A DNA stretch of 55,105 nt from Candidatus Giovannonibacteria bacterium (GTDB taxonomy: Bacteria; Patescibacteriota; Minisyncoccia; JACPKW01; UBA11713), in the NCBI GenBank assembly GCA_016176285.1, contig JACOXM010000004.1, forward strand, positions 1-55,105. The letters are read 5' to 3'. Under the pieces are notes generated by a model that saw only the letters and a list, made by a program, of their open reading frames with translations, ran no database searches and was not told where the DNA came from. Shown here one piece after another: positions 27,858 to 37,986 of the stretch (position 1 is its first letter; every line of letters begins with the position of its first letter). A program made the translations under genes and the position numbers.

Positions 27858-28772
27858 ATGCTTTCAAGAATTGATTATAATGGCATCTCATGGATAGATA
27901 TACAGAGCCCCTCCCGTGAGGAAATATCAAAGCTCGCAAACGAGCTTTTACTCCCCTCTTCCCTATCGGAAGAGCTACTTAAACGGGGATTTCACCCTGA
28001 AGCTGAAAATTACGGCGATTATATTTATTTAACTTTTCATATCCCTCTTTACGACGAGCGCGAGCAATACCATCATCCGCGCGAACTTGATTTCGCGGTA
28101 AGCAAAACCTGCATTCTAACCCTGCACTATGAGCCGATAGAGCCGCTTTCGAATTGTTTAAAAAAGCTGGAACAGGATATGAATTTGCGAAAAGAGTTTT
28201 TTGAAAAAGACACGCAGAAAATATTATATTATATTTGGAAAAAAAATTATGAATATCTTCTTTCCGAACTTGACCATATTCAAAAAAAGATCGAACGCAT
28301 CGAGTATCGAATTTTCTCTGACGGAAAAACCGCGATGATTGAAGAAATTTCTTTGCTTCGCCGCGATATGCTGGATTTTTCGCGCTCGCTGAGGCCCCAC
28401 GGAATGATGATCGAAGAATTCTCGCCCCTGGCAAGATCGCTTTTCGGGCCGGAGTTTTCAAAAAAAATACGGGAGCTCTCGCAGGATTACCGAAGATTGA
28501 TTTCTCTCGCAGATAACAATAAAGACGCGCTTGAGGTGCTATACGACACATATAACGCCCTTGAGACCCGGCGTTCGGCCGATGCCATGAAAATCTTTAC
28601 AATGTTAGCCCTTCTGACATTTCCGCTAACCCTTATTGCCTCAATTTTTTCAATAGACGCCTTAGCCCGCCCGATTATCGGAAGCGAGAATGATTTCTGG
28701 ATAATTCTCGGAATTATGGGAATCGTTGTAGCCGGGATGCTTTTCTTCTTTAAATCTAAGCGATGGATATAG
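27858..28772 (+). CDS. CorA-family divalent cation transporter
   Basis: WIDIQSP, long helical domain, MKIFT..FPLTLIASIF and two C-terminal TMs; GMN motif absent. Confidence 0.82.
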   Translation: MLSRIDYNGISWIDIQSPSREEISKLANELLLPSSLSEELLKRGFHPEAENYGDYIYLTFHIPLYDEREQYHHPRELDFAVSKTCILTLHYEPIEPLSNCLKKLEQDMNLRKEFFEKDTQKILYYIWKKNYEYLLSELDHIQKKIERIEYRIFSDGKTAMIEEISLLRRDMLDFSRSLRPHGMMIEEFSPLARSLFGPEFSKKIRELSQDYRRLISLADNNKDALEVLYDTYNALETRRSADAMKIFTMLALLTFPLTLIASIFSIDALARPIIGSENDFWIILGIMGIVVAGMLFFFKSKRWI

Positions 28773-28779
28773 CACCGAT

Positions 28780-29634
28780 ATGAATTTTTTCCTGCCGGTA
28801 CTCGCGGCATTTCTTCAGGCTTCCTCCTTCACTCTCGATAAAGTAATACTCTCCATAAAAAAAATAGACTTTCGCACTTACACGGGAATAAGCTTTCCTC
28901 TTATTTTCGTTATAAACCTAATAATCTTTTTTCTGATAAAGCCTCCTTTGACTTACGAAATGATTTTCGGAAAATTGTTTTGGTATATTCTTGCATCAAT
29001 TTTTCTAATGATCATCGGTAATATCATTTACTACAAAGCGCTCGGAAAAGACAAACTAAGCGAAATTGAAGTTATCGGCTTAATTACGGTTCTGCCGGTA
29101 ATTATTTTTTCGAGCTTAATTTTTTCCGACGAAAGAAAATTAGGAATCATTATTCCCGCACTCATAGCTTCGCTTGCAATGATTTGGTCCCATTGGAAGG
29201 GCGGGAAATTTGTTCTTAAACGCGATACTCTATTTTTTTTATTATTATATCTTGTTACCTCTCCGATCAGAACATTTATTATTAAAATCCTTCTTGAAAC
29301 CTGGAACCCCATATCGCTCGAACTATTGCACGCAGGCGTTACCGCCGCCGTATTGACCCCGCTTTACAGAAAAAGCTATTCGGCAGTAACGCTTAAGGCT
29401 TTTTCACTCCTAGTTTTGACGAATTTACTTACTGCCGTAGCCTGGATCCTCTTCTATTTTTCTTTCCAGGCATCCGGAATTGTTTACACCGTATTACTGT
29501 TCTCTCTTCAGCCCCTACTCGTATATATGGCTTCGATATTTCTCCTGAAAGAAAAAACCGACCACAAAAAAACAATAGCTTTCATAATAGTCTTAATTTC
29601 AATAACGGTTGCCCAAATTTATTCAGGGAAATAA
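28780..29634 (+). CDS. DMT/EamA family transporter
   Basis: 10 TMs in two repeats ending IFSDER and FLLKEK. Confidence 0.8.
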   Translation: MNFFLPVLAAFLQASSFTLDKVILSIKKIDFRTYTGISFPLIFVINLIIFFLIKPPLTYEMIFGKLFWYILASIFLMIIGNIIYYKALGKDKLSEIEVIGLITVLPVIIFSSLIFSDERKLGIIIPALIASLAMIWSHWKGGKFVLKRDTLFFLLLYLVTSPIRTFIIKILLETWNPISLELLHAGVTAAVLTPLYRKSYSAVTLKAFSLLVLTNLLTAVAWILFYFSFQASGIVYTVLLFSLQPLLVYMASIFLLKEKTDHKKTIAFIIVLISITVAQIYSGK

Positions 29635-29643
29635 GATATATAA

Positions 29644-30960
29644 ATGCCTCTTAAACTTTATAATACCCTGACAAGAAAAAAGGAGATTTTTAAGTCAATA
29701 AAGAGAAATCATGTTGGTTTTTATACTTGCGGGCCAACGGTTTATGATTTTGCGCATATAGGGAATTTGCGGACTTTTATTTTTGAAGATCTGCTAAAAA
29801 GGACGCTAAAACTTTCCGGATATAAAGTGAAGCACGTTATGAATATTACGGATGTAGACGATAAGACCATAAAAGGATCGAAGGCTTCCGGAAAAAGCCT
29901 CGCGGATTTTACAAAACACTATGCGAATGAATTTTTCAAAGATCTGGATAAATTAAATATTCTGCCGGCCTCTAAATATCCCGCGGCTACGAAACATATT
30001 CCGGAAATGATTAAAATCATAAATATTCTTCTTAAGAAGGGGTTCGCCTATAAATCCGCAGATGGCATTTATTTTAATATTTCTAAATTCAAAAATTATG
30101 GAATGTTGTCGCGCGTCTCAAAAAAGAAATTAAAAATGGGAGCGAGAATCAGTTCCGATGAATATGCAAAAAACGACGCGAAAGATTTTATTCTTTGGAA
30201 AAATAAAAAAGGAGAAGAACCTTCTTGGCCATCCCCTTTCGGGGATGGCCGCCCCGGCTGGCACATAGAATGCTCCGCAATGTCCGTTAAATATCTTGGG
30301 ATGCCGATTGATATCCATGCCGCGGCAATCGATTTGATTTTTCCTCATCACGAAAACGAGATTGCGCAATCCGAAGGTGCAATGGGCAAAAAATTCGTCA
30401 ATTATTTTCTCCACGGAGAGCACTTAAACATAGAAGGCAGGAAAATGTCCAAATCTCTCGGAAATCTTTACACGCTAAACGACTTGGAGAAAAAAGGTTT
30501 TGATCCATTGGATTTTAGGTACCTAACGCTTAGCGCGCATTACCGCTCTCCCCTTTCGTTTTCCTGGGAGGCGCTAAAGGCAGCGCGAAACGCTCGTTTA
30601 AAACTTCAAGAAAAAATGAATAATGCATCGCCGGGAAATAAAAAAGAATTTACCGCATTCAAAAAAAACTTTTCAGAAGCGTTAAGCGATGATTTAAACA
30701 TCCCGAAAGCACTCGCGCTGATTTGGAAATCCGGCGCGAATAAGGAATCCATTTTATGGGCAGATGGGGTTCTGGGACTCCGCTTGGTAATGGTTAAAAA
30801 AATCGCCATTCCGCTGGAGGTTAAGGTTTTAATGGAAAAAAGAGAGGCCTTCAGGAATAATAAAAACTGGGCGGAAGCGGACAAAACTCGGAAAAAAATA
30901 CTTGATTTAGGCTTTATTATCGAAGACACCCCGAAGGGACCCAAAATAAAAGCGAAGTAA
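29644..30960 (+). CDS. cysS: Cysteine--tRNA ligase
   Basis: CGPTVY, HIGN, PGWHIECSAM, FPHHENE, KMSKS. Confidence 0.97.
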   Translation: MPLKLYNTLTRKKEIFKSIKRNHVGFYTCGPTVYDFAHIGNLRTFIFEDLLKRTLKLSGYKVKHVMNITDVDDKTIKGSKASGKSLADFTKHYANEFFKDLDKLNILPASKYPAATKHIPEMIKIINILLKKGFAYKSADGIYFNISKFKNYGMLSRVSKKKLKMGARISSDEYAKNDAKDFILWKNKKGEEPSWPSPFGDGRPGWHIECSAMSVKYLGMPIDIHAAAIDLIFPHHENEIAQSEGAMGKKFVNYFLHGEHLNIEGRKMSKSLGNLYTLNDLEKKGFDPLDFRYLTLSAHYRSPLSFSWEALKAARNARLKLQEKMNNASPGNKKEFTAFKKNFSEALSDDLNIPKALALIWKSGANKESILWADGVLGLRLVMVKKIAIPLEVKVLMEKREAFRNNKNWAEADKTRKKILDLGFIIEDTPKGPKIKAK

Positions 30961-31019
30961 GTCACATGTTATCAAGCATTCTTCTTGTCTAGGTTTGATT
31001 CGAAGATTATCTTTATATT

Positions 31020-32429
31020 ATGGCCAGCCAAGACGACACTTCATACTCCCGCCCCATCGAATCCCCCCTGGGCAAGACGATGAGGATCCCTCCGCAAAAT
31101 ATTGAAGCCGAGGTTTCCACTCTTGGAGCTCTTTTAATTGACGGAAATTCAATTTACAAAGTGATGGATATCGTCAGGCCGGAAGATTTTTACAGACCGC
31201 AGCACCAGTTAATTTTTAAAACTATCATGGAACTTTTCGATAAGCGTGAACCGATTGACGTTCTTTCGGTATCATCGCGTCTTCGCGAAAAAAATTCCCT
31301 TGAACAGGCTGGCGGCGTTGCCTATCTTACCGATTTAGTAAACTCTGTAGCGACAGCGTCAAATGTAAGGTATTATTCAGAACTTGTCCGAAAAAAAAGA
31401 GTTTTGAGGGATCTGATCCAAGTATCGGGAGAACTTACCGATTTAGGCTACAGGGAAAGCGAAGATACGGATGCTCTTCTGGATGAAGCGGAAAAGAAAA
31501 TATTTTCACTTTCACAAAGATCGCTTCATCAAAAATTTACACCTCTCGGCCAATCGCTGGAGGCAGCCTGGGACCGAATAGATAAGCTGCATAAAAATAA
31601 AAGCGAACTCCGCGGCGTGCCTACTGGTTTTAAGGATCTGGATAATGTTCTGGCCGGGTTGCAGCAATCCGATTTAATAATCTTGGCGGCAAGACCTTCC
31701 TTTGGGAAAACGTCGCTCGCCCTTGATATCGCGAGGCACGCCTCGATACATAAAAATATCCCGGTGGGAATATTTTCTCTGGAAATGTCCACCCAACAGC
31801 TTGTAGACCGCTTCATCGCCGCAGAAGCGCAAGTTGACTTATGGAAACTGCGTACCGGCAGACTTTCGGACGAGTCAGATGAATTTCCGCGCATCCGCGA
31901 CGCACTCGACCGTTTGTCGAAGGCGCCGCTATATATCGACGACGAATCCTCAAATAACGTCCTGCAGATGAGGGCGATGGCAAGAAGGCTTCAAGCCGAC
32001 CACGGTAATTTAGGATTAATTGTAATTGATTATCTTCAACTTATGCAGCCGAGAACTTCTTCCGAAAGCATGGTTCAGCAGATTACGGACATCTCCCGTT
32101 CGCTTAAAGGACTCGCAAAAGAATTAAACGTGCCCGTGCTCGCCGTATCACAATTATCAAGAGCAGTTGAAAGCAGACATCCGCCAACCCCACGCTTGTC
32201 GGACCTTAGGGAGTCCGGCTCAATTGAGCAGGACGCGGACGTAGTATTATTCATTTACCGCGAAGACCGATATAAAGAAAATTCCCAGCGCCCCAACCAA
32301 GCCGAAATCATGATTGCCAAGCACAGGAATGGGCCATTGGGCAAGGTTAATCTTTACTTTAATCCGGATAAAGCTTCTTTCGTATCCCTCGACAAGAACT
32401 CAGATTTCGAAAGTTTTGACATAGAATGA
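31020..32429 (+). CDS. dnaB: Replicative DNA helicase
   Basis: PPQNIEAE, ARPSFGKT, IDYLQL, LRESGSIEQDAD; no intein. Confidence 0.97.
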   Translation: MASQDDTSYSRPIESPLGKTMRIPPQNIEAEVSTLGALLIDGNSIYKVMDIVRPEDFYRPQHQLIFKTIMELFDKREPIDVLSVSSRLREKNSLEQAGGVAYLTDLVNSVATASNVRYYSELVRKKRVLRDLIQVSGELTDLGYRESEDTDALLDEAEKKIFSLSQRSLHQKFTPLGQSLEAAWDRIDKLHKNKSELRGVPTGFKDLDNVLAGLQQSDLIILAARPSFGKTSLALDIARHASIHKNIPVGIFSLEMSTQQLVDRFIAAEAQVDLWKLRTGRLSDESDEFPRIRDALDRLSKAPLYIDDESSNNVLQMRAMARRLQADHGNLGLIVIDYLQLMQPRTSSESMVQQITDISRSLKGLAKELNVPVLAVSQLSRAVESRHPPTPRLSDLRESGSIEQDADVVLFIYREDRYKENSQRPNQAEIMIAKHRNGPLGKVNLYFNPDKASFVSLDKNSDFESFDIE

Positions 32430-33034
32430 ACGACCCAGTAATTTCAAAACTGGCTTTATTCTTCCAGAAGCTTCCTGGAATCGGCCCGCGCCAAGCAAAG
32501 CGTTTTGTTTACGCACTTTTTGAACAAGATGAAAGATTTATAAAAGATTTTGCGAGCACGATTTTAAAACTCGTGGATGAGGTATCAAGATGCAAAAGAT
32601 GTTTCAGAATTTTCTCCGGCAAAGCAAAATATTGCGCGATATGCGAAAATCCCTCCCGTGATGAATCCAAATTGCTGATTTTGGAAAAAGACGCCGACTT
32701 GGAAAATATGGAAAAAAATGGAATTTTTAACGGATCGTATTTTATTTTGGGCGGGCTCCTATCTCCGCTTAAGCCCGAAAGAAAAGAAAGGCTTCATCTC
32801 GGCGACCTAAAAAAAAGAATTGAAGATACTAATGCAATTAAAGAAGTGATTTTAGCTCTTTCAGCCACTACCGAAGGGGACATGACACGGCACTTCATAG
32901 AAACAATGCTCGAAGGTTTAACTAAAAAAAGAGGGCTCAAAATAACAAACTTGGGCCGCGGGCTCTCGACCGGCACGGAACTCGAATACTCTGATCGCGA
33001 TACACTAAAAAATGCCTTTGAAAATAGAAAATAA
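32426..33034 (+). CDS. recR: Recombination mediator RecR
   Basis: LPGIGPRQA, C4 zinc finger, Toprim EVILALSATTEGD, ELEYSD. Confidence 0.95.
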   Translation: MNDPVISKLALFFQKLPGIGPRQAKRFVYALFEQDERFIKDFASTILKLVDEVSRCKRCFRIFSGKAKYCAICENPSRDESKLLILEKDADLENMEKNGIFNGSYFILGGLLSPLKPERKERLHLGDLKKRIEDTNAIKEVILALSATTEGDMTRHFIETMLEGLTKKRGLKITNLGRGLSTGTELEYSDRDTLKNAFENRK

Positions 33035-33055
33035 CACTGAATCTTAGCGCAAAAA

Positions 33056-33370
33056 TTACTTAATCTCTTTGATCTTTATCTCCGTAAAAGGCTGTCTGTG
33101 GCCTTTGAGTTTTCGGTAGCGGGTTTTGGAGTGATAACGGGCTACATCCACCTTCTTAGCCTTTCCGTCTCTTATGCGCTCGGCCTCCACTTTAACATTA
33201 TTTAAAATTGGCTTTCCAACCTCAATCGAATCGCCCTCCCCAACCATTAAGACCTCATTAAAAGCAATTAAACCCTCATTATTTTGAGGTAATTTCTCTA
33301 TATGAAGCGTTAGCCCTTCTTTTACTAGATATTGCTTGCCTCCGGTTTTTATTACTGCGAATTTTGACAT
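33056..33370 (-). CDS. rplU: 50S ribosomal protein L21
   Basis: FAVIKTGGKQYLV, GHRQPFT. Confidence 0.97.
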   Translation of the reverse strand: MSKFAVIKTGGKQYLVKEGLTLHIEKLPQNNEGLIAFNEVLMVGEGDSIEVGKPILNNVKVEAERIRDGKAKKVDVARYHSKTRYRKLKGHRQPFTEIKIKEIK

Positions 33371-33372
33371 GA

Positions 33373-34410
33373 TTAATCAGTATAATCCCCCTCTCTCGGT
33401 TTTGCAACAAGCAGCGGCTCAGCGTCCATTTTCTCGCCCGTTATTTTATAAATATCTTTATCGATTTTTTGAAACTCGTGATATGCCTTGTCATAGGTTC
33501 CGACCGTTGCCGCCAAATTTTTTCCCAGTTTTTGCATGAAATCCTCGTAGGTGACAAGATGCCGCCCAAGGCTTTCGACATATTTTTTAATCTCCTTTGC
33601 CGACTCTTCGATTTGCAAAGCCTTCAATCCCTGTAAAACCGTCTGCAGGTAAGCCAAAAAGGATGTGGGCGAGACAATAATGACGTGGCGTTCCTTGAAC
33701 GCATATTCTATCAAATCCTGCGTCGCGATTTTCACTGCGCCGACTTTATTGATCAAGAGATCATAATAGACCGCCTCGGACGGAATAAACATGAATGCAA
33801 AATCCATCGTCCCCTCCGCCGGAAGGACATATTTTGATGTTTCATCAATGCGGTTTTTTAAATCCTGCCGGAACTGGCGCTCAAAGCGCTCCCGTTCCGC
33901 CTGATCGCGCGTCTCCAATATGCGGTTGTAATTTTCTAGCGAGAATTTTGAATCAACTGGAATTATTTTTTCCTTAACGAATATTACAGCGTCCACAATA
34001 TTGCCATCCTTAAAAGGATATTGCATCTGGTAGCTCCCGGGCGGCAGAACATTTTTAAGTACGGTCTCGAGATAATATTCGCCCAAGATCCCGCGCTGTT
34101 TGGGGTTTTGTAAAATATCCTGCAAATTGCGCAACTGATCAGCGAAGCTCACCACCTGTCTGTTGGTTTCATCCAGCCGCGTTAGCCGTTCCGTAACTTC
34201 CCTGATTATTTTCGCGGATTCCCCGAACTGTTTCTGCATGATTTCGGCCGATTGTCCCAACCCGTGGTCTAGTTTTCTTGCAAGGTCATTCATCTGATTT
34301 TGCAGCATCAAAAGACCATTGCCATCGCCTTCTTTTTTTCTGAATAAAATGAAATACGCGGCAACCCCGCCTATAATAATCCCCAACAAAATCCAAGTGC
34401 TTTCTGGCAT
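33373..34410 (-). CDS. rmuC: DNA recombination protein RmuC
   Basis: PKQRGILGE, PVDSKF, TMDFAFMFIPSE, VSPT. Confidence 0.93.
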   Translation of the reverse strand: MPESTWILLGIIIGGVAAYFILFRKKEGDGNGLLMLQNQMNDLARKLDHGLGQSAEIMQKQFGESAKIIREVTERLTRLDETNRQVVSFADQLRNLQDILQNPKQRGILGEYYLETVLKNVLPPGSYQMQYPFKDGNIVDAVIFVKEKIIPVDSKFSLENYNRILETRDQAERERFERQFRQDLKNRIDETSKYVLPAEGTMDFAFMFIPSEAVYYDLLINKVGAVKIATQDLIEYAFKERHVIIVSPTSFLAYLQTVLQGLKALQIEESAKEIKKYVESLGRHLVTYEDFMQKLGKNLAATVGTYDKAYHEFQKIDKDIYKITGEKMDAEPLLVAKPREGDYTD

Positions 34411-34436
34411 TTATTAATATTAGCACAAGAAACCTG

Positions 34437-34511
34437 TGACCCCATCGGGATTTGAACCCGAGTTTCATGGATGAGAACCATGTGTCCTAGGCCAGGCTAG
34501 ACGATAGGGCC
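34437..34511 (-). tRNA. tRNA-Glu(CTC), CCA not encoded
   Basis: Reverse complement GGCCCTATCGTCTAG..CATGG-TTCTCAT-CCATG..GTTCAAATC..TGGGGTCA. Confidence 0.95.
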
Positions 34512-34533
34512 GCACGAAAATTATATATCAACT

Positions 34534-35832
34534 TTATATTTTCTTCCACTCCTCATCCTGCCTACAAAGGAGTTCCGCTTTTTTTTCAGGCTCCGCCATA
34601 AGGTTTTCCACGATTTTTTCCATGCGCATGCTTTGCGAGCCTTTCACTAAAATTAAATCTCCCGGCTGGATTATTTTTTGCAGCTCTTTTCCCGCGTCTT
34701 CGGAAGTACCGAATGTATAAATTGTTTTCTTTTTAAAGCCCTCTTTCATCGCGCCCTCCATAAAAAACTTCGCCCTAACCCCGACAGTGCATAAAATATC
34801 CGCAACTTGCGCGGCATTTCTGCCCAAATCACGGTGCGCCGTGATAGTGTGCCGTCCGAGCTCAAGCATATCTCCCAAAACCGCGATTTTTCTTTTAGCC
34901 TCTAACTCCCCCATTACATCAAGCGCAGCGGCTAAAGCCTTCGGGGAAGAATTATAAGTATCATCCAAAATCAATGTTTCATTATTACCGCGGATTAATT
35001 TAAGTCTCCCTGGCGGAGGAGAGTAAAGCGAGAGCGCCTCAACGGAATCCTCAACGCTAATATTAAAAATGGAAGCAACGGCAATCGCTGACAATGCCGG
35101 ATAGACGTGGTGGCGCCCAAACGCATTGATAATTTTTACCGTAAATTCCTGATTCTGGAATTTTATTTTGAATGCGATTCCTTCCGGACGGGATTTCTTA
35201 CCTTCTTTTTGATAAAAAATTCCATAATCATATGCAAAAAATTGCGCACCATCCGACATTCCATAAGTCAAAATATTTGCGGATGTTTTATCTTTCAATT
35301 TCATAACTTCCTCATCATCCATATTCAATAAAACATTTACAGATGCCGGCAAGCCCTTTATAAGTTCAGCCTTTTCAAGAAAAACCTCCTCCGGCCCGTT
35401 AAAAAATTCAACATGAACCGGGGTTTCGGCAAAAGTGGTTAAAACAGCGACGTCAGGATTAATTAATCTTCTAATCTTTTTGATATCTCCCGGGCGATCC
35501 GCGCCAATTTCCAAAACTAGAATTTCGGGATAAGGAACATTGTTAATAATCATTTCTAAGCCCTTCCATAAAATAGAAATCCATTTAGCAAGAGAACCCC
35601 ACCCGCTTTTCGCTCCTATGACAGTCAAGGGCACGCCTAGCTCTGAATTGTAGCTTTTCTCGCTTTTTCTAATTTTGTATTTCCGTTCCAAGACTTTGGC
35701 GATTGCGTCTTTCGTTGATGTTTTTCCAACCGATCCCGTGACCGCAACAATTTTTGGATTATATTTTGAAAGGATTCTTTTCGATTCCCAAGTCAAAATA
35801 AAAACAACGGCTTTTTTCAAGATGTCTTTCAT
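34534..35832 (-). CDS. murF: UDP-MurNAc-tripeptide--D-Ala-D-Ala ligase
   Basis: VTGSVGKTSTK, YNSELGVPLT, DDTYNSSP, LGDMLELG, LVKGS. Confidence 0.93.
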   Translation of the reverse strand: MKDILKKAVVFILTWESKRILSKYNPKIVAVTGSVGKTSTKDAIAKVLERKYKIRKSEKSYNSELGVPLTVIGAKSGWGSLAKWISILWKGLEMIINNVPYPEILVLEIGADRPGDIKKIRRLINPDVAVLTTFAETPVHVEFFNGPEEVFLEKAELIKGLPASVNVLLNMDDEEVMKLKDKTSANILTYGMSDGAQFFAYDYGIFYQKEGKKSRPEGIAFKIKFQNQEFTVKIINAFGRHHVYPALSAIAVASIFNISVEDSVEALSLYSPPPGRLKLIRGNNETLILDDTYNSSPKALAAALDVMGELEAKRKIAVLGDMLELGRHTITAHRDLGRNAAQVADILCTVGVRAKFFMEGAMKEGFKKKTIYTFGTSEDAGKELQKIIQPGDLILVKGSQSMRMEKIVENLMAEPEKKAELLCRQDEEWKKI

Positions 35833-35930
35833 ATTATATATTATATCCGAGCGAGAATTTTCTTTAAAGAAGCGTAGAACCTTTTCGCTAGAAAGATGGC
35901 TCACAGCTTACTAAAGAAAATTCGAGCGAT

Positions 35931-37658
35931 TTATCTATCCGGTGGAACTTCATAATACGTCAAAAGAAACTGCATTATTTCGGCGTAATAAGGTGTCAGG
36001 GATTGCGAGGCATACTTAACACCCTGGGGACGCTCGATGTACATAAACAAGAGAAACCTTGAATCAAAAGCGGGAGCCCAGCCCAAAAAAGAATGAAGAT
36101 AATCCTCCGAATACCCCTTCCCATTTTCGAGCGAAATTTGAGCGGTTCCAGTTTTAGCTGCCGCTGTCCAGTGTTCAAATTTTACCCTTCCTCCCAATAA
36201 CGCGTCATCTGCAACTTTTGAAAGCATTCTTGAAATTGTTTCCGATGTCTCGCCGGAAATCACCCGCCTTTCCTCCTTGGGTCCAAAAACTATATCGCTT
36301 CTACCAGGGCGCTCTATTCTATCCACTATGTAGGGCTGCATAATTTTTCCTCCATTAGCCAAAGATGCGGCAGCCCTCGCGAACTCAAGCGGAGTTGCGG
36401 AAATTCCCTGCCCGAATGAAGCAGTGGCATGTTCCACATCTCTTTTGGAATAAAGATTAGAAACATTTCCTTTTACCTCCCCAGGAAGAGTAATGCCGGT
36501 TTTTTCTCCCAACCCATAGGCCAAAAAGTATTTTCTCATATCCTCCTTCCCGATTTTCCCCGCAACGAATGCCGCGCCCGTATTTAAAGACTCTTCAAGC
36601 ACCTTTTGCATGCTCGTCTCTCCCCTGCTTTTATCGTCGAAATTTCTAATTGTATACCCGTCAATAACGATTCTACCCGGATCGAAATATGTGCTATCAG
36701 GCGTAATTACTTTTTTATCAACTCCCGCGGCGATGGTTAATGGCTTAAACACTGACCCAAACTCGAATACACTTTCTACAATTGGATTAATAAACACGTT
36801 TAACGAAGGGGACTCTCCATAAGTATTCGGATCAAAATTCGGAAAAGCGGTCATGGCAACAATTTTTCCGGTTTTCGGTTCTATTATTATCCCTCCGCCG
36901 CCCGAAGGTTTCCACTCTTCCTGTATTTCCTTGAATTTTCTCTCAAAAAAAGACTGAACGTTCGGTTCAATAGTTAATATAATGTCATTCCCTTCTTCGG
37001 GAGGAGAAAAAAATCTCCGCCCAAGTTCCAAGATTATTCCCCCCGCGGAGCGCGAACCGCTTGCCAAACCGCTTCTCCCCTTTAAAGCATCCTCAAAATA
37101 CCTCTCAATCCCGTATCTCCCCTCTAGCTCATCGTCCTTATAACCAAGAAAGCCTACAACATGCGCGGCAATAGTTTTCGACGGATAAACCCTCCACTCC
37201 TCCGGCACAAGCCCAACATTTTCAATTTTTAGGGCCCGGACTTTCTCCGCGTCATCCCTTTCGACTTTGCGAGCTACTACTTCATAAGGGTCATTTTTCT
37301 TTGAAGCATGAGAAAGAAAATCGTTTTTATCAAGGGGTATAATTTTTGAAAGTTTTGCATACGCATCATCTGCGTCTATTAATTTTTTAGGGTTAATATA
37401 AATCGAATAGCCTTCTTTCGTAGATGCGAGAGGGATAAGTTCGCCGGATCTTTCCTGTAAATAAATATTTCCTCTGCGAGGGGTTAATACTTGAGAAAAA
37501 TTCTGCTGTCTCTGGGCTTGCGTCTTGTAATATGCTCCGGAAACTACTTGAAGAAAAAAAAGCCTTAAAATCAAGATCCCTGCAAAAAATATCAAAAAAG
37601 CGAAAGTTATCCGTATCCGCTTTGTTATTTCGCGATCGGCCGGATTAGCAGAATGCAT
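35931..37658 (-). CDS. ftsI: Class B penicillin-binding protein of the division cluster (FtsI)
   Basis: SVFK, SLN and KTGTAQ motifs; follows mraZ-rsmH-ftsL. Confidence 0.9.
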   Translation of the reverse strand: MHSANPADREITKRIRITFAFLIFFAGILILRLFFLQVVSGAYYKTQAQRQQNFSQVLTPRRGNIYLQERSGELIPLASTKEGYSIYINPKKLIDADDAYAKLSKIIPLDKNDFLSHASKKNDPYEVVARKVERDDAEKVRALKIENVGLVPEEWRVYPSKTIAAHVVGFLGYKDDELEGRYGIERYFEDALKGRSGLASGSRSAGGIILELGRRFFSPPEEGNDIILTIEPNVQSFFERKFKEIQEEWKPSGGGGIIIEPKTGKIVAMTAFPNFDPNTYGESPSLNVFINPIVESVFEFGSVFKPLTIAAGVDKKVITPDSTYFDPGRIVIDGYTIRNFDDKSRGETSMQKVLEESLNTGAAFVAGKIGKEDMRKYFLAYGLGEKTGITLPGEVKGNVSNLYSKRDVEHATASFGQGISATPLEFARAAASLANGGKIMQPYIVDRIERPGRSDIVFGPKEERRVISGETSETISRMLSKVADDALLGGRVKFEHWTAAAKTGTAQISLENGKGYSEDYLHSFLGWAPAFDSRFLLFMYIERPQGVKYASQSLTPYYAEIMQFLLTYYEVPPDR

Positions 37659-37668
37659 TAATTAGATT

Positions 37669-37986
37669 TTATCGGAAATTCTCGACGGAAGACAGTGCTA
37701 AATTTTGTTGCCTTGTTACAAATTCCTGCTTAGAAACTTCTGACTTGCTAAATAATCCCGAATATTCATCATAAAAAACCGTTAGCTTCGAGGTAAGCTG
37801 CTCTTCACTGTCTTGGAGATCCTGGCGCAAAACTGCCATATCCCTCGACATCTCCCCCCTTTCGAAGGCATTAGAAACTGCAATATTTAATGCCATAATA
37901 TAAAACATCAAAAGCAAAACTGCCCCGCCGACGAGCCAGAACCAAAGTTTTTCTTCTCTTGATATATATATTCGATAGTATTTCAT
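37669..37986 (-). CDS. FtsL-like protein
   Basis: TM plus coiled coil between rsmH and ftsI. Confidence 0.65.
   Translation of the reverse strand: MKYYRIYISREEKLWFWLVGGAVLLLMFYIMALNIAVSNAFERGEMSRDMAVLRQDLQDSEEQLTSKLTVFYDEYSGLFSKSEVSKQEFVTRQQNLALSSVENFR

Noticed and set aside
27979-28551. 190-aa antisense ORF, and similar shadow ORFs such as 44523-45083 and 51913-52581
   Set aside because: They lie wholly opposite well-supported genes (corA-like, mreB, murA) and show no motifs
34286-34468. 60-aa ORF
   Set aside because: Overlaps tRNA-Glu and the rmuC start
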